Position numbers and translations under genes: made by a program
From: Pseudodesulfovibrio piezophilus C1TLV30
Lineage (GTDB): Bacteria; Desulfobacterota; Desulfovibrionia; Desulfovibrionales; Desulfovibrionaceae
DNA: 32,000 bases
Direction: 5' to 3'
Assembly (NCBI RefSeq): GCF_000341895.1
Contig: NC_020409.1
Location: forward strand, 780,001-812,000
Shown here: piece after piece, positions 17,153-25,031 of the stretch
How positions within the stretch are numbered: position 1 is the stretch's first letter
Layout of the letters: the number at the start of each line of letters is the position of its first letter
The notes under the pieces: generated by a model
Seen by the model: the letters and a program-made list of their open reading frames with translations, nothing else
What the model was told of the DNA's origin: nothing
Database searches by the model: none

Positions 17153-17884
17153 TCACCCAATCTTTGCAATTTTCCGGCCAACTTCACCGCCTTCCAGGGC
17201 TTCATATGATTTCCCCACTGTCCCAGGATTTGTGCCGAGAAGCCCGGTCTTAATCCGCTCTGTCTCCAGCCGCCTTGTCAATTCATCAAGTCGTGCTTTA
17301 ACTTCCACGTCACTCATAGGCTGCGAACTGATGGTGGCGATTTCTTCAGAAGGGTCTTCCAGCACGTCTCCGCCATTCAGAGAGAGTGCTCCGCCGACAG
17401 CATTCCCTCCCCAATCTTCGAGCGTCTTTCCTGCAGTTTCAGGCATGGACAAGGCAGAACTTGCCGTATTCAGAGGAATCGGTTGCTGGGCCAGAGGCTT
17501 AATCTCCACGGTACCGGGCAAAACATCCCTACTCGTCTTTACAAGCTTTTGACTCAACTGATCATAAATCATGTCAGCCAAGCCGATGCCACCCGACTTC
17601 GCCATTTTTTCTGCGAAATCACGATCAAACATGGACATATATTGTTCTTCCTGCTTGGAATGGAGGTAACCTTCCTTGGGAACAGTGGACTTCATTCCCT
17701 TCCAGAGCTTACTAATAAAAACTGCCTCAAAATCCTGGCACGCCTTTTTCAGTTGTGCTTCTGTATCATTCGTGGTGCCCTTCATTCGCCCTTTCAAGCC
17801 ATCCATTTCCTGCTTGAAGCGGATGAGGTCCCGGCTCTCCAATTGCTTGGACGCCAACTGTGTATCAACTCCTGCGCTCATCAT
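17153..17884 (-). CDS. flgJ: FlgJ-like rod-binding protein (no recognisable peptidoglycan hydrolase domain)
   Basis: The rod-binding region ACQDFEAVFISKLWKGMKSTVPK...MFDRDFAEKMAKSGGIGLADMIYDQL is present. The remaining ~130 aa are low complexity. The gene abuts the flgI stop with 0 nt between them. Confidence 0.8.
   Translation of the reverse strand: MMSAGVDTQLASKQLESRDLIRFKQEMDGLKGRMKGTTNDTEAQLKKACQDFEAVFISKLWKGMKSTVPKEGYLHSKQEEQYMSMFDRDFAEKMAKSGGIGLADMIYDQLSQKLVKTSRDVLPGTVEIKPLAQQPIPLNTASSALSMPETAGKTLEDWGGNAVGGALSLNGGDVLEDPSEEIATISSQPMSDVEVKARLDELTRRLETERIKTGLLGTNPGTVGKSYEALEGGEVGRKIAKIG
17165..17180 (-). promoter_or_regulatory. Candidate sigma-54 promoter for flgN-flgK-flgL
   Basis: The minus strand reads TGGCCGGAAAATTGCA, against the consensus TGGCACG-N4-TTGCW. 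GG-N10-GC spacing is exact and the -12 TTGCA is perfect. It is embedded in the last 9 codons of flgJ, about 90 nt upstream of the flgN ATG. Confidence 0.45.
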
Positions 17885-19039
17885 TTAGATAACCTCCACA
17901 TCGGCGTGCAGAGCGCCCGCCGCTTTGAGTGCGCGAATGATCGAAATAAGGTCCCTTGGGGCAGCACCGATGGCATTCAAGCCGTCAACCAATTCCTGTA
18001 GAGTCGCTCCTTCCATGAGCATGAGCGGATTATTCTGCTCATTAACGGAAAGGTCGGTTTGAGGAGTAACCACCGTGGTTCCATCAGAGAAAGGTCCAGG
18101 CTGGCTGACGTCTTCAGACTCGGTGATGACAATTTGCAAATTTCCATGAGCAACGGCAACCTTGCTCAAACGGACATCATGACCAAGCACCACGGTTCCG
18201 GTTTTTTCATCAACCACCACACGGGCTTTGCCGTCGGGGGTAATGCTCAGATTCTCGAGAGAGGCCATCAGAGGAACCATGTTGCCACGAAACTGCTCGG
18301 GAATTTTCAGTTCAACGGTGGAAATATCCTTGGCCGAGGCAAAATTGCCTCCCATTGTCGCATTGATCTTGTTGACGACCTGCATGGCAGTGCCAAAATC
18401 CTGTACCGACAAATTGACGGTCAGGTGATCCTGGTTGTTGAATTTAAAAGCAACCGATCGTTCCACGACTGCCCCATTGGGAATTCTTCCGACAGTCGGT
18501 ATATTCTTCTGAGCCGTGGCAGCGGTTCCGGTCGCAGTAAAACCACCTATGGTCAATGATCCTTGACCAATCGCATAGACCTGACCATCCAACCCTTTCA
18601 GGGGAGTCACGAGCAATACGCCACCCAACAAACTCTCGGCATCGCCCAGAGAGGAGACTGTCACATCAATTCTAGAACCGGGCTTGGTGGAGACAGGCAA
18701 ACGAGCTGAAACCATGACGGCAGCGACATTTTTGGGTTTGAGGTCTTCAGGATTGGATTCCACTCCCATTTTCTCCAACATATTCGACATGGAGCGCAGA
18801 GTAAAAGTTGAGGATGTCCCGTCACCGGTCCCGGCCAAACCTACAACCAATCCATACCCGACCAACTCATTGGTCCGAACCCCGCTAAAGCTTGCGATAT
18901 CCTTCAAACGCGCTGCACTGGCTTCGCTCGATGACATGGTCACCCACAAAACGAGTCCGACAAAGAGCGCAACGGCCATCAAAGCGGGGCGTCTGTTCTT
19001 GTCTCTATTGTATTTCATGATACGCTGTTGCATGTTCAT
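17885..19039 (-). CDS. flgI: Flagellar P-ring protein FlgI
   Basis: [30 protein letters not shown] and the C-terminus [31 protein letters not shown] are canonical FlgI. I placed the start at 19039 ([11 protein letters not shown]... followed by a signal peptide), behind GGAGCTGAGG. The track's extra 60 aa would overlap flgH. Confidence 0.93.
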   Translation of the reverse strand: MNMQQRIMKYNRDKNRRPALMAVALFVGLVLWVTMSSSEASAARLKDIASFSGVRTNELVGYGLVVGLAGTGDGTSSTFTLRSMSNMLEKMGVESNPEDLKPKNVAAVMVSARLPVSTKPGSRIDVTVSSLGDAESLLGGVLLVTPLKGLDGQVYAIGQGSLTIGGFTATGTAATAQKNIPTVGRIPNGAVVERSVAFKFNNQDHLTVNLSVQDFGTAMQVVNKINATMGGNFASAKDISTVELKIPEQFRGNMVPLMASLENLSITPDGKARVVVDEKTGTVVLGHDVRLSKVAVAHGNLQIVITESEDVSQPGPFSDGTTVVTPQTDLSVNEQNNPLMLMEGATLQELVDGLNAIGAAPRDLISIIRALKAAGALHADVEVI

Positions 19040-19085
19040 GACCTCAGCTCCTCGAAACTCTTCATGATTTCTTGTCCGTGCGCCC

Positions 19086-19799
19086 TTAGAAGGGATAAAT
19101 ATTATCCAATATCCGTGAGAGCCATCCAGGACGTTGCTTGTCCGCCAAGACCCCCTGTCCGTAAATTTCAATTTGAGCTTCTGCCAGACTCGTGGATGGG
19201 ATGGTATTATCGGAAGCAATATCCCGTTGTCTGATCAACCCACGTACCACCAAAAACTGCGTTTCCTGATTAACCCGAATACGACGAGCCCCTTCAACCT
19301 GCAAAAGATTACCCGGCAACCTTCTGACTATACGCGTCGCCACGGTGGCATCAAAATTCGACTCCTGTTTGGTTTCTCCGTTGCCGGTAAAATCCGAGGA
19401 TTGAGATGCACCGATATCAGCACCGACTTTGGCACCCAATGTTCCGGCAAGCGGTATATTTCCTATCAACCCTGTTGAGGGCATGGCCGTCACGGAATTG
19501 GCGATTGTATTTTCCTTGGACGCCGTGGTTTCAGATTTGATCTTGGTACTCGCCGACTCCGAAACCTGCACCAAGACAATATCACCCACTCTACTGGCCC
19601 GATTATCGTCATAGAGAAATTCAGAACGGTTGGTATCAAAAAGAGAACCGGGATTGGCTGCGGGGTCCTGCTCCTCATACACCGGAGGCGTCAAAATAGG
19701 CATGGGCTGTTCCTCATATCGAGGAGCGCACCCGGCCCCTATGGAGGCAGCCAGCATGATTGCGGCAACAGCTATTAAAAAATGGCGTCTCATAATCAC
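19086..19799 (-). CDS. flgH: Flagellar L-ring lipoprotein FlgH
   Basis: It has a signal peptide with a lipobox (AASIGAGC). [15 protein letters not shown] and [21 protein letters not shown] are typical of FlgH. Confidence 0.95.
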   Translation of the reverse strand: MIMRRHFLIAVAAIMLAASIGAGCAPRYEEQPMPILTPPVYEEQDPAANPGSLFDTNRSEFLYDDNRASRVGDIVLVQVSESASTKIKSETTASKENTIANSVTAMPSTGLIGNIPLAGTLGAKVGADIGASQSSDFTGNGETKQESNFDATVATRIVRRLPGNLLQVEGARRIRVNQETQFLVVRGLIRQRDIASDNTIPSTSLAEAQIEIYGQGVLADKQRPGWLSRILDNIYPF

Positions 19800-19810
19800 A
19801 TGCTCCTTCT

Positions 19811-20818
19811 CTATCTGACCATAACCATGTCATCAGCCACAACGGTGGCCAAGACTGTCTTTTTGCTTTGCAGGTTACGTACCGCGACCTGTTGGCCCAC
19901 GCTCGCTTCTCCCAATGCCTCGGCTTTGATGGAGAGCTGCACACGGCTATTTTTGTACATTAACGTGACTAACTCACCCTTTTCTATGAGTGGGACGGGC
20001 TCAATATGGCTTTGAGTAAAGACCTGGCTACGGCCCAGGGTCCGAGTCATACGCCACGGGCCTCCTGTTCCGTCCCATATTTCAGGTTTGTGCGCGAGAT
20101 TGACCCGACGGAAGGTAATCTTGTCCCGTGTCAAACGCTCATGACGATTGAGGGGTTTAGCCGCGACGGGAACAGTCTTCCAAACATTGATAAAAACGGA
20201 CCCAGCTTTACTCGACATCAATTTACCTTCATGAGAAAGCACTCGCATTCTGATGATATTGCGACCGGGACGAATGTCGTCACCCAAACTTATTTCGAGT
20301 TTGTCATATGTATTATCCAAAAAATAATGGAGCGGAAGGTTCATATCCTTAAATTCGATATCATCGCTCATGGATTTAGCTCGAGGTGTCAAAAAAGCGA
20401 CAACTCGATTCTTGAGGTCTTGTCCGGTGACGACAGCCCCACCGGTCTGCACGGTCAGTTGATTTGGCAGAATAAGTCGTTTGACCTGGGCACCCATGTA
20501 ATATTTCAGAACATTTCTAAGCTTGTCCCGATCAATGGTCACAGGCCTTCCCCGTTTGGTGGAGGCCTGCCAGAGTTTAATTTGAGAAAGAGCAGCCCAT
20601 GTCCGAGCATCCACTCCCTGAGCTGGATCGGCAATTTCGCCCAGCAAAACGATAGGTCCCTGCACACATGCCGCGTTCCGAACCAGAACCCGCCAATCAT
20701 TGCTGCTATTTGAAGCCGCACCTGTGAATGATGAGGTTCCCAGAATCAACACCAATATCACTGCAAGCGCAGACACCACGGTCTTCAAACGGTGCTTTCT
20801 CTCTATCTTGTTTAACAT
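19811..20818 (-). CDS. flgA: Flagellar P-ring assembly chaperone FlgA (long form)
   Basis: It has an N-terminal signal peptide and a C-terminal SAF-like segment (IEKGELVTLMYKNSRVQLSIKAEALGEASVGQQVAVRNLQSKKTVLATVV). Its position between flgG and flgH fits. Confidence 0.85.
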   Translation of the reverse strand: MLNKIERKHRLKTVVSALAVILVLILGTSSFTGAASNSSNDWRVLVRNAACVQGPIVLLGEIADPAQGVDARTWAALSQIKLWQASTKRGRPVTIDRDKLRNVLKYYMGAQVKRLILPNQLTVQTGGAVVTGQDLKNRVVAFLTPRAKSMSDDIEFKDMNLPLHYFLDNTYDKLEISLGDDIRPGRNIIRMRVLSHEGKLMSSKAGSVFINVWKTVPVAAKPLNRHERLTRDKITFRRVNLAHKPEIWDGTGGPWRMTRTLGRSQVFTQSHIEPVPLIEKGELVTLMYKNSRVQLSIKAEALGEASVGQQVAVRNLQSKKTVLATVVADDMVMVR

Positions 20819-20857
20819 GACTCTGCCCTTCCTTGCCCGGGATCACTCATTCGCCCG

Positions 20858-21640
20858 TTAGCGCTTGATATTGATAGCCGTCTGCAACATACCATCAGAA
20901 GTTGTAATGGCCTTCGAATTGATCTCGTATGCGCGCTGACCAACAATCAACCCGACCATTTCATCCACCATCTCAACGTTGGACCCCTCAAGAAAGCCCT
21001 GTGCTATCGTGCCGTAGTTTTCATCACCGGGCGTACCGGCGACGGCATCACCGGAAGCTTCACTTTCCCGATAGAAATTACGCCCGGTAGCAGTCAGGCC
21101 AGCTGGATTCTGAAAACGATAAATTTGGAGATCTGCTTCTGCCAACGCAGTTCCATCACTGTCCAACGCCGAAATAGTGCCGGTATCAGAAACGACAACG
21201 GAAACGGTTTCGGGAGGGATTGTCATCTCTGGCTGAAGAACATATCCTCCTGCAGTAACGATCCGCCCTTCATTGTCCAATTTAAATGAACCAGCTCGGG
21301 TGTAGACATCTTCACCGTTCATATCGACAAGAAAAAACCCCTCCCCCTCAATGGCGAGATCCAAGGAGTTGCCAGTATTCTGAAAATCCCCCTGCGTAAA
21401 AAATTTATGCACGCTCACAGGGCGAACACCCATACCAATTTGCATACCGACCGGAAGTCTCCCACCGCTCTGGTTTTCAGTCCCCGCAATCTGGAGAGTC
21501 TGATACATGAGATCTTCAAATTCCACGCGGCTTTTTTTGAAACCGGTGGTATTCACGTTGGCCAAGTTGTTCGACAGGGTGTCGATATGCTTCTGCATGG
21601 CGACCATGCCGGTCGCGGCAGTCCAAAGGGAACGCATCAT
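20858..21640 (-). CDS. flgG: Flagellar distal rod protein FlgG
   Basis: 260 aa. MMRSLWTAATGMVAMQKHIDTLSNNLANVNTTGFKK and the C-terminus EGSNVEMVDEMVGLIVGQRAYEINSKAITTSDGMLQTAI are present. Confidence 0.95.
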   Translation of the reverse strand: MMRSLWTAATGMVAMQKHIDTLSNNLANVNTTGFKKSRVEFEDLMYQTLQIAGTENQSGGRLPVGMQIGMGVRPVSVHKFFTQGDFQNTGNSLDLAIEGEGFFLVDMNGEDVYTRAGSFKLDNEGRIVTAGGYVLQPEMTIPPETVSVVVSDTGTISALDSDGTALAEADLQIYRFQNPAGLTATGRNFYRESEASGDAVAGTPGDENYGTIAQGFLEGSNVEMVDEMVGLIVGQRAYEINSKAITTSDGMLQTAINIKR

Positions 21641-21657
21641 AACTGGTAACCTCCTGC

Positions 21658-22437
21658 TTATCCGGTAATACGAGACAAGCTTTGGATCATGGTCTTGTCG
21701 AGTTGATCCGTGCCTTGAATCATTTTCGTATACATCGTGAACGAACGTTGTGTTTCAATCATCGAAACCATCTCCGTGACGACTTCCACATTGCCTTTTT
21801 CAATAAACCCTTGCTGCACAACAAGATCATCAGGCGGGACAACTTCGGCAGCTCCTTCCTGAGCACGATAGAAATTCCCACCAACCCGCTCCAACCGCCC
21901 GATATCGTCAAATGTAACGAGATCGAAAGAACCGGTCGGATTGCCATTGACGGAGATGTTGCCACCTTCATCAACGCTTAATTTGGCACCGGGGGGCACA
22001 GTCAAACTGCCGCCAGAAACCATCACGGGAGTCCCTTGCTCAGTCACCAGAGTGCCTGTGGAATCCACAACGAAATTCCCGGCTCGGGTATAGAGCATTC
22101 CACTTGGAGACTGCACTTTAAAAAGCCCCTCTCCACTCAATGCAATATCAAGTTGGTTTCCCGTTTCCTGCAAACTTCCCTGACTGAAGTCGATTGTTTG
22201 CTCTGACAAACGAGGCTTTGCCATGATATCTGGACGCGGAAACATATCCTTGTCTCGCAGATAAGATTTTGTCGTAACAACATGATCATGTGCAAAACGG
22301 GTAAAGACATCATGAAAGGCCATAGTGTCTTTTTTATAAGCGGTTGTGTTCACGTTCGCCAAATTATTGGCGATCGTTGACATCCTCATTTCATTGGATA
22401 AAGCCCCGAAAATGGCGCTTAAACTACTATCTCGCAT
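21658..22437 (-). CDS. flgF: Flagellar proximal rod protein FlgF
   Basis: 259 aa. It has the rod-protein N-terminus (ANNLANVNTTAYKKD) and C-terminus (IEKGNVEVVTEMVSMIETQRSF). It sits directly upstream of flgG, and AGGAGG lies 8 nt before the ATG. Confidence 0.85.
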   Translation of the reverse strand: MRDSSLSAIFGALSNEMRMSTIANNLANVNTTAYKKDTMAFHDVFTRFAHDHVVTTKSYLRDKDMFPRPDIMAKPRLSEQTIDFSQGSLQETGNQLDIALSGEGLFKVQSPSGMLYTRAGNFVVDSTGTLVTEQGTPVMVSGGSLTVPPGAKLSVDEGGNISVNGNPTGSFDLVTFDDIGRLERVGGNFYRAQEGAAEVVPPDDLVVQQGFIEKGNVEVVTEMVSMIETQRSFTMYTKMIQGTDQLDKTMIQSLSRITG

Positions 22438-22466
22438 AGTATGTTCCTCCTGTTCGACGAAGGATT

Positions 22467-22482
22467 TGCACTATGCATGCCA
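22467..22482 (-). promoter_or_regulatory. Candidate sigma-54 promoter for the flgF-flgG-flgA-flgH-flgI-flgJ run
   Basis: The minus strand reads TGGCATGCATAGTGCA against TGGCACG-N4-TTGCW, matching 10 of 12 specified positions with exact GG-N10-GC spacing. It lies 30-45 nt upstream of the flgF ATG, leaving a short leader that contains the SD. Confidence 0.55.
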
Positions 22483-22574
22483 AGAGCTGGACTCATTTGA
22501 AAAACGAGAGTATCTACTCTGCTTCCTAATCAGTCTCTGACTTCCAATAGAGCAATCCCGCACTCTCTTGCCTG

Positions 22575-22602
22575 TTGACATTCAAATTGTATGTGTATAA
22601 AT
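22575..22602 (+). promoter_or_regulatory. Candidate sigma-70 promoter for tRNA-Gly
   Basis: A perfect TTGACA (22575-22580), a 16-nt spacer ending in TGT (extended -10 TG), then ATAAAT (22597-22602). The tRNA 5' end lies 15 nt downstream. Confidence 0.5.
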
Positions 22603-22616
22603 AAGCTCGTTTCCAA

Positions 22617-22692
22617 GCGGGTGTAACTCAATTGGTAGAGTGTCAGCTTCCCAAGCTGAAAGTAGCGGGTTCGACCCCCGTCACCCGCTCCA
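22617..22692 (+). tRNA. tRNA-Gly (anticodon CCC), CCA encoded
   Basis: A manual cloverleaf fold works. The acceptor stem is GCGGGTG/CACCCGC. The anticodon stem is TCAGC/GCTGA with loop TT-CCC-AA. The T-arm is GCGGG-TTCGACC-CCCGT. The discriminator is T, followed by CCA. Total length is 76 nt. Confidence 0.92.
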
Positions 22693-22737
22693 ATGCCTTG
22701 CGCAAAGTTTGCAAATGCAGCTTTGCGGGGTTCGCGT

Positions 22738-22763
22738 AGGTGAGCTCGGGCTCACCTTTTTTA
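22738..22763 (+). terminator. Rho-independent terminator/attenuator between tRNA-Gly and rimP
   Basis: AGGTGAGC (22738-22745), loop TCGG, GCTCACCT (22750-22757), then TTTTTTA. The rimP SD (AGGAG) begins about 10 nt later. Confidence 0.7.
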
Positions 22764-22788
22764 TTTGTATTTCAGGAGATTATCCAAC

Positions 22789-23247
22789 ATGCGCAAGACT
22801 TTTGAAGAGAAATTGACCGAACTTGTCCGCCCAGAGGTGGAAGGGCTCGGTTGTACCCTCTGGGGACTGACCTCTCCCACAAAAGGTAAAAAGCGTGTTA
22901 TAAGGATATATATTGAAGGTGAAGAAGGCGCGACAATTGACAAATGCGCCAGGGTGAGCCGCCAGGTCGGCCTCATGCTCGAAGTCGAAGATATTATTCC
23001 CGGAGCGTTTATTCTTGAAGTTTCTTCTCCCGGACTCGACCGACGTTTTTTCTCCACGGAGCAAATGAACGGATATGTTGGGCGCACGATAACTGCCAGG
23101 GTTCACGAATCCGTGGAAGGTCATCGTAAGTTTACCGGAAAACTCAAGAGCATTGAAGAAAACGCCTTTACACTGAACATGGACAACGAAGACGTTACCC
23201 TGCACTGGATCGACTTGAAGGTTGTCCGGCTGGTACACGAATTTTAG
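22789..23247 (+). CDS. rimP: Ribosome maturation factor RimP
   Basis: 152 aa from the ATG at 22789, behind AGGAG. LEVSSPGLDRRF is the RimP signature, and the gene sits upstream of nusA. Confidence 0.93.
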   Translation: MRKTFEEKLTELVRPEVEGLGCTLWGLTSPTKGKKRVIRIYIEGEEGATIDKCARVSRQVGLMLEVEDIIPGAFILEVSSPGLDRRFFSTEQMNGYVGRTITARVHESVEGHRKFTGKLKSIEENAFTLNMDNEDVTLHWIDLKVVRLVHEF

Positions 23248-23331
23248 GTTATACCACCTGGTAACACAGAGATAAAAGCACTCTTCATCGACGCGGCCGG
23301 GCCGATTAGCATGAGGAGCGGAGGTTTGATC

Positions 23332-24756
23332 ATGTCGGAGCTGAAAAAAGCCATCGACCAGATTAGCAAGGACAGAGGCATTGACCGAGACCTGCTCATC
23401 GACACCCTCGAAGAAGCGGTTCGTAGCGCAGTCGCTCGCAAATATGGCGAAACCATGGATATCGAAGTTGCCTTCAATGAAGACAACGGAGAAATCGAAG
23501 TCTTTGAATTCAAGGTTGTCGTGGAAGATGTGCACGACCCCATCAGCGAAATTTCTCTGGAGGACGCACAAGAGCATGACCCCAATGCCCGTATTGACGA
23601 TGAGATGGGTTTTCCCGTCAAAATCGAAGATCTCGGCCGGATCGCTGCTCAGTCCGCCAAACAGGTGATCATCCAACGCATGCGTGATGCGGAACAGGAA
23701 ATCATCTTTGAAGAATACAAGGACCGCGTGGGAGAAATTTCCAGCGGTATCATCCAGCGCCGTGATCGCACGGGGTGGATTATCAACCTTGGCCGTACGG
23801 AAGCACTACTTCCCAAAGACGAACAGATTCCCCGCGAACGATACAAACGCGGCGATCGCGTCCAGGCCTATATTATTGATGTCCTGAAGGAATCACGCGG
23901 CCCTCAGGTCGTTGTTTCCCGTTCACACCCGGACTACATGATTGAACTCTTCAAACGCGAAGTTCCGGAAGTTGCGGACTCCACAGTCAAAATCATGGGT
24001 GTTGCTCGTGACCCGGGCCTCCGCGCCAAGGTTGCCGTCATGTCCCGTGACCGAGACGTCGATCCGGTCGGTGCATGTGTTGGTATCCGGGGTTCCCGTA
24101 TCCAGAATGTGGTGCAGGAACTCAAAGGTGAACGAATTGACATCGTCGTCTGGAGTCCAGACATCGCAATGTATGCCCAACATGCCCTTTCCCCTGCTCT
24201 GATATCCCGAATCACTGTGGATGATGAGGAAGAAGCATTGGAAGTGGTTTGTCCTGATGATCAGTTGACACTGGCCATCGGTCGCAAAGGTCAAAACGTC
24301 AAGCTGGCAGCCAAACTTTTGGGATGGAAGATAGACATCTTCACTGAATCTCGTTACGGCGAACTCAATGCAGCCCGTAAAGGCATGGATCAGATTGCAG
24401 CCGTGGCCGAAGTCTCTATGGAAAACTTCATCAACGCCGGTTTCGAATCTTTGGAATCCATCGTCAGAGCCTCGGATGAAGACCTCCTTGATGTGAATGG
24501 CCTGACCGAAACCAAGATCGCGGATGTTCGAGTGGCAATAAACATGCTCGCCCCAGGCATTGTTGATGAAATTAAGGCTGAAGAACAGGCCGAAGAGAAT
24601 TTCGAAGCAGCATCTGTCGACGAGAAACAAGAACTCGACGAAGGTGAGATACACGAGACGACCGAAGAGGACGGAGCCGAAAAAGAGGCTGCCGAGGTCG
24701 TGGAAGAAACTGAAGAGGAATCCGAAACTCCCGCCGATGGCGAGGAGATGAAATAG
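23332..24756 (+). CDS. nusA: Transcription termination/antitermination factor NusA (with an acidic C-terminal tail)
   Basis: MSELKKAIDQISKDRGIDRDLLIDTLEEAV is present, followed by S1 and tandem KH regions (GACVGIRGSRIQNVVQELKGERIDIV, AIGRKGQNVKLAAKLLGWKIDI). The start at 23332 lies behind GAGGAGCGGAGG. Confidence 0.97.
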   Translation: MSELKKAIDQISKDRGIDRDLLIDTLEEAVRSAVARKYGETMDIEVAFNEDNGEIEVFEFKVVVEDVHDPISEISLEDAQEHDPNARIDDEMGFPVKIEDLGRIAAQSAKQVIIQRMRDAEQEIIFEEYKDRVGEISSGIIQRRDRTGWIINLGRTEALLPKDEQIPRERYKRGDRVQAYIIDVLKESRGPQVVVSRSHPDYMIELFKREVPEVADSTVKIMGVARDPGLRAKVAVMSRDRDVDPVGACVGIRGSRIQNVVQELKGERIDIVVWSPDIAMYAQHALSPALISRITVDDEEEALEVVCPDDQLTLAIGRKGQNVKLAAKLLGWKIDIFTESRYGELNAARKGMDQIAAVAEVSMENFINAGFESLESIVRASDEDLLDVNGLTETKIADVRVAINMLAPGIVDEIKAEEQAEENFEAASVDEKQELDEGEIHETTEEDGAEKEAAEVVEETEEESETPADGEEMK

Positions 24757-24791
24757 ACGCCAATCAAGGGCGATTCACTCTCGAGGCAGGT

Positions 24792-25031
24792 ATGAACAAA
24801 GATCCTGTGCGAATGTGCGTCGTTTGCCGCCAGCGGTATCCCAAGAGGGACCTTGAGCGGTATGTGTGTCCGGATACCATGCTGGAACTGGAAACGGACG
24901 GTCCGGTTCCGGACCCGGGAAAGACAAGACCGGGACGTGGTTTTTATATATGCGTCCAGGCCCGATGCAGGGAAATTTTCCCGAAAATGATCAAGGGCCT
25001 GATGAAAAAACGCAAGGGGGATTATCGATGA
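24792..25031 (+). CDS. ylxR: YlxR/DUF448 family RNA-binding protein
   Basis: 79 aa. It shows the R-M-C-x2-C-R...GRGFYIC pattern of the YlxR family and sits in the canonical slot between nusA and infB. Its TGA overlaps the infB ATG (ATGA). Confidence 0.9.
   Translation: MNKDPVRMCVVCRQRYPKRDLERYVCPDTMLELETDGPVPDPGKTRPGRGFYICVQARCREIFPKMIKGLMKKRKGDYR

Noticed and set aside
22617-22692. tRNA-Gly as a possible genomic-island integration site
   Set aside because: There is no integrase, no direct repeat of the tRNA 3' end that I could spot, and no compositional break. Both flanks are conserved core operons.
22780-23676. 298-aa minus-strand ORF spanning rimP, the rimP-nusA gap and the nusA 5' end
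   Set aside because: It crosses two confidently identified plus-strand genes and their intergenic SD. It shows no homology signal, so it is an antisense artefact.
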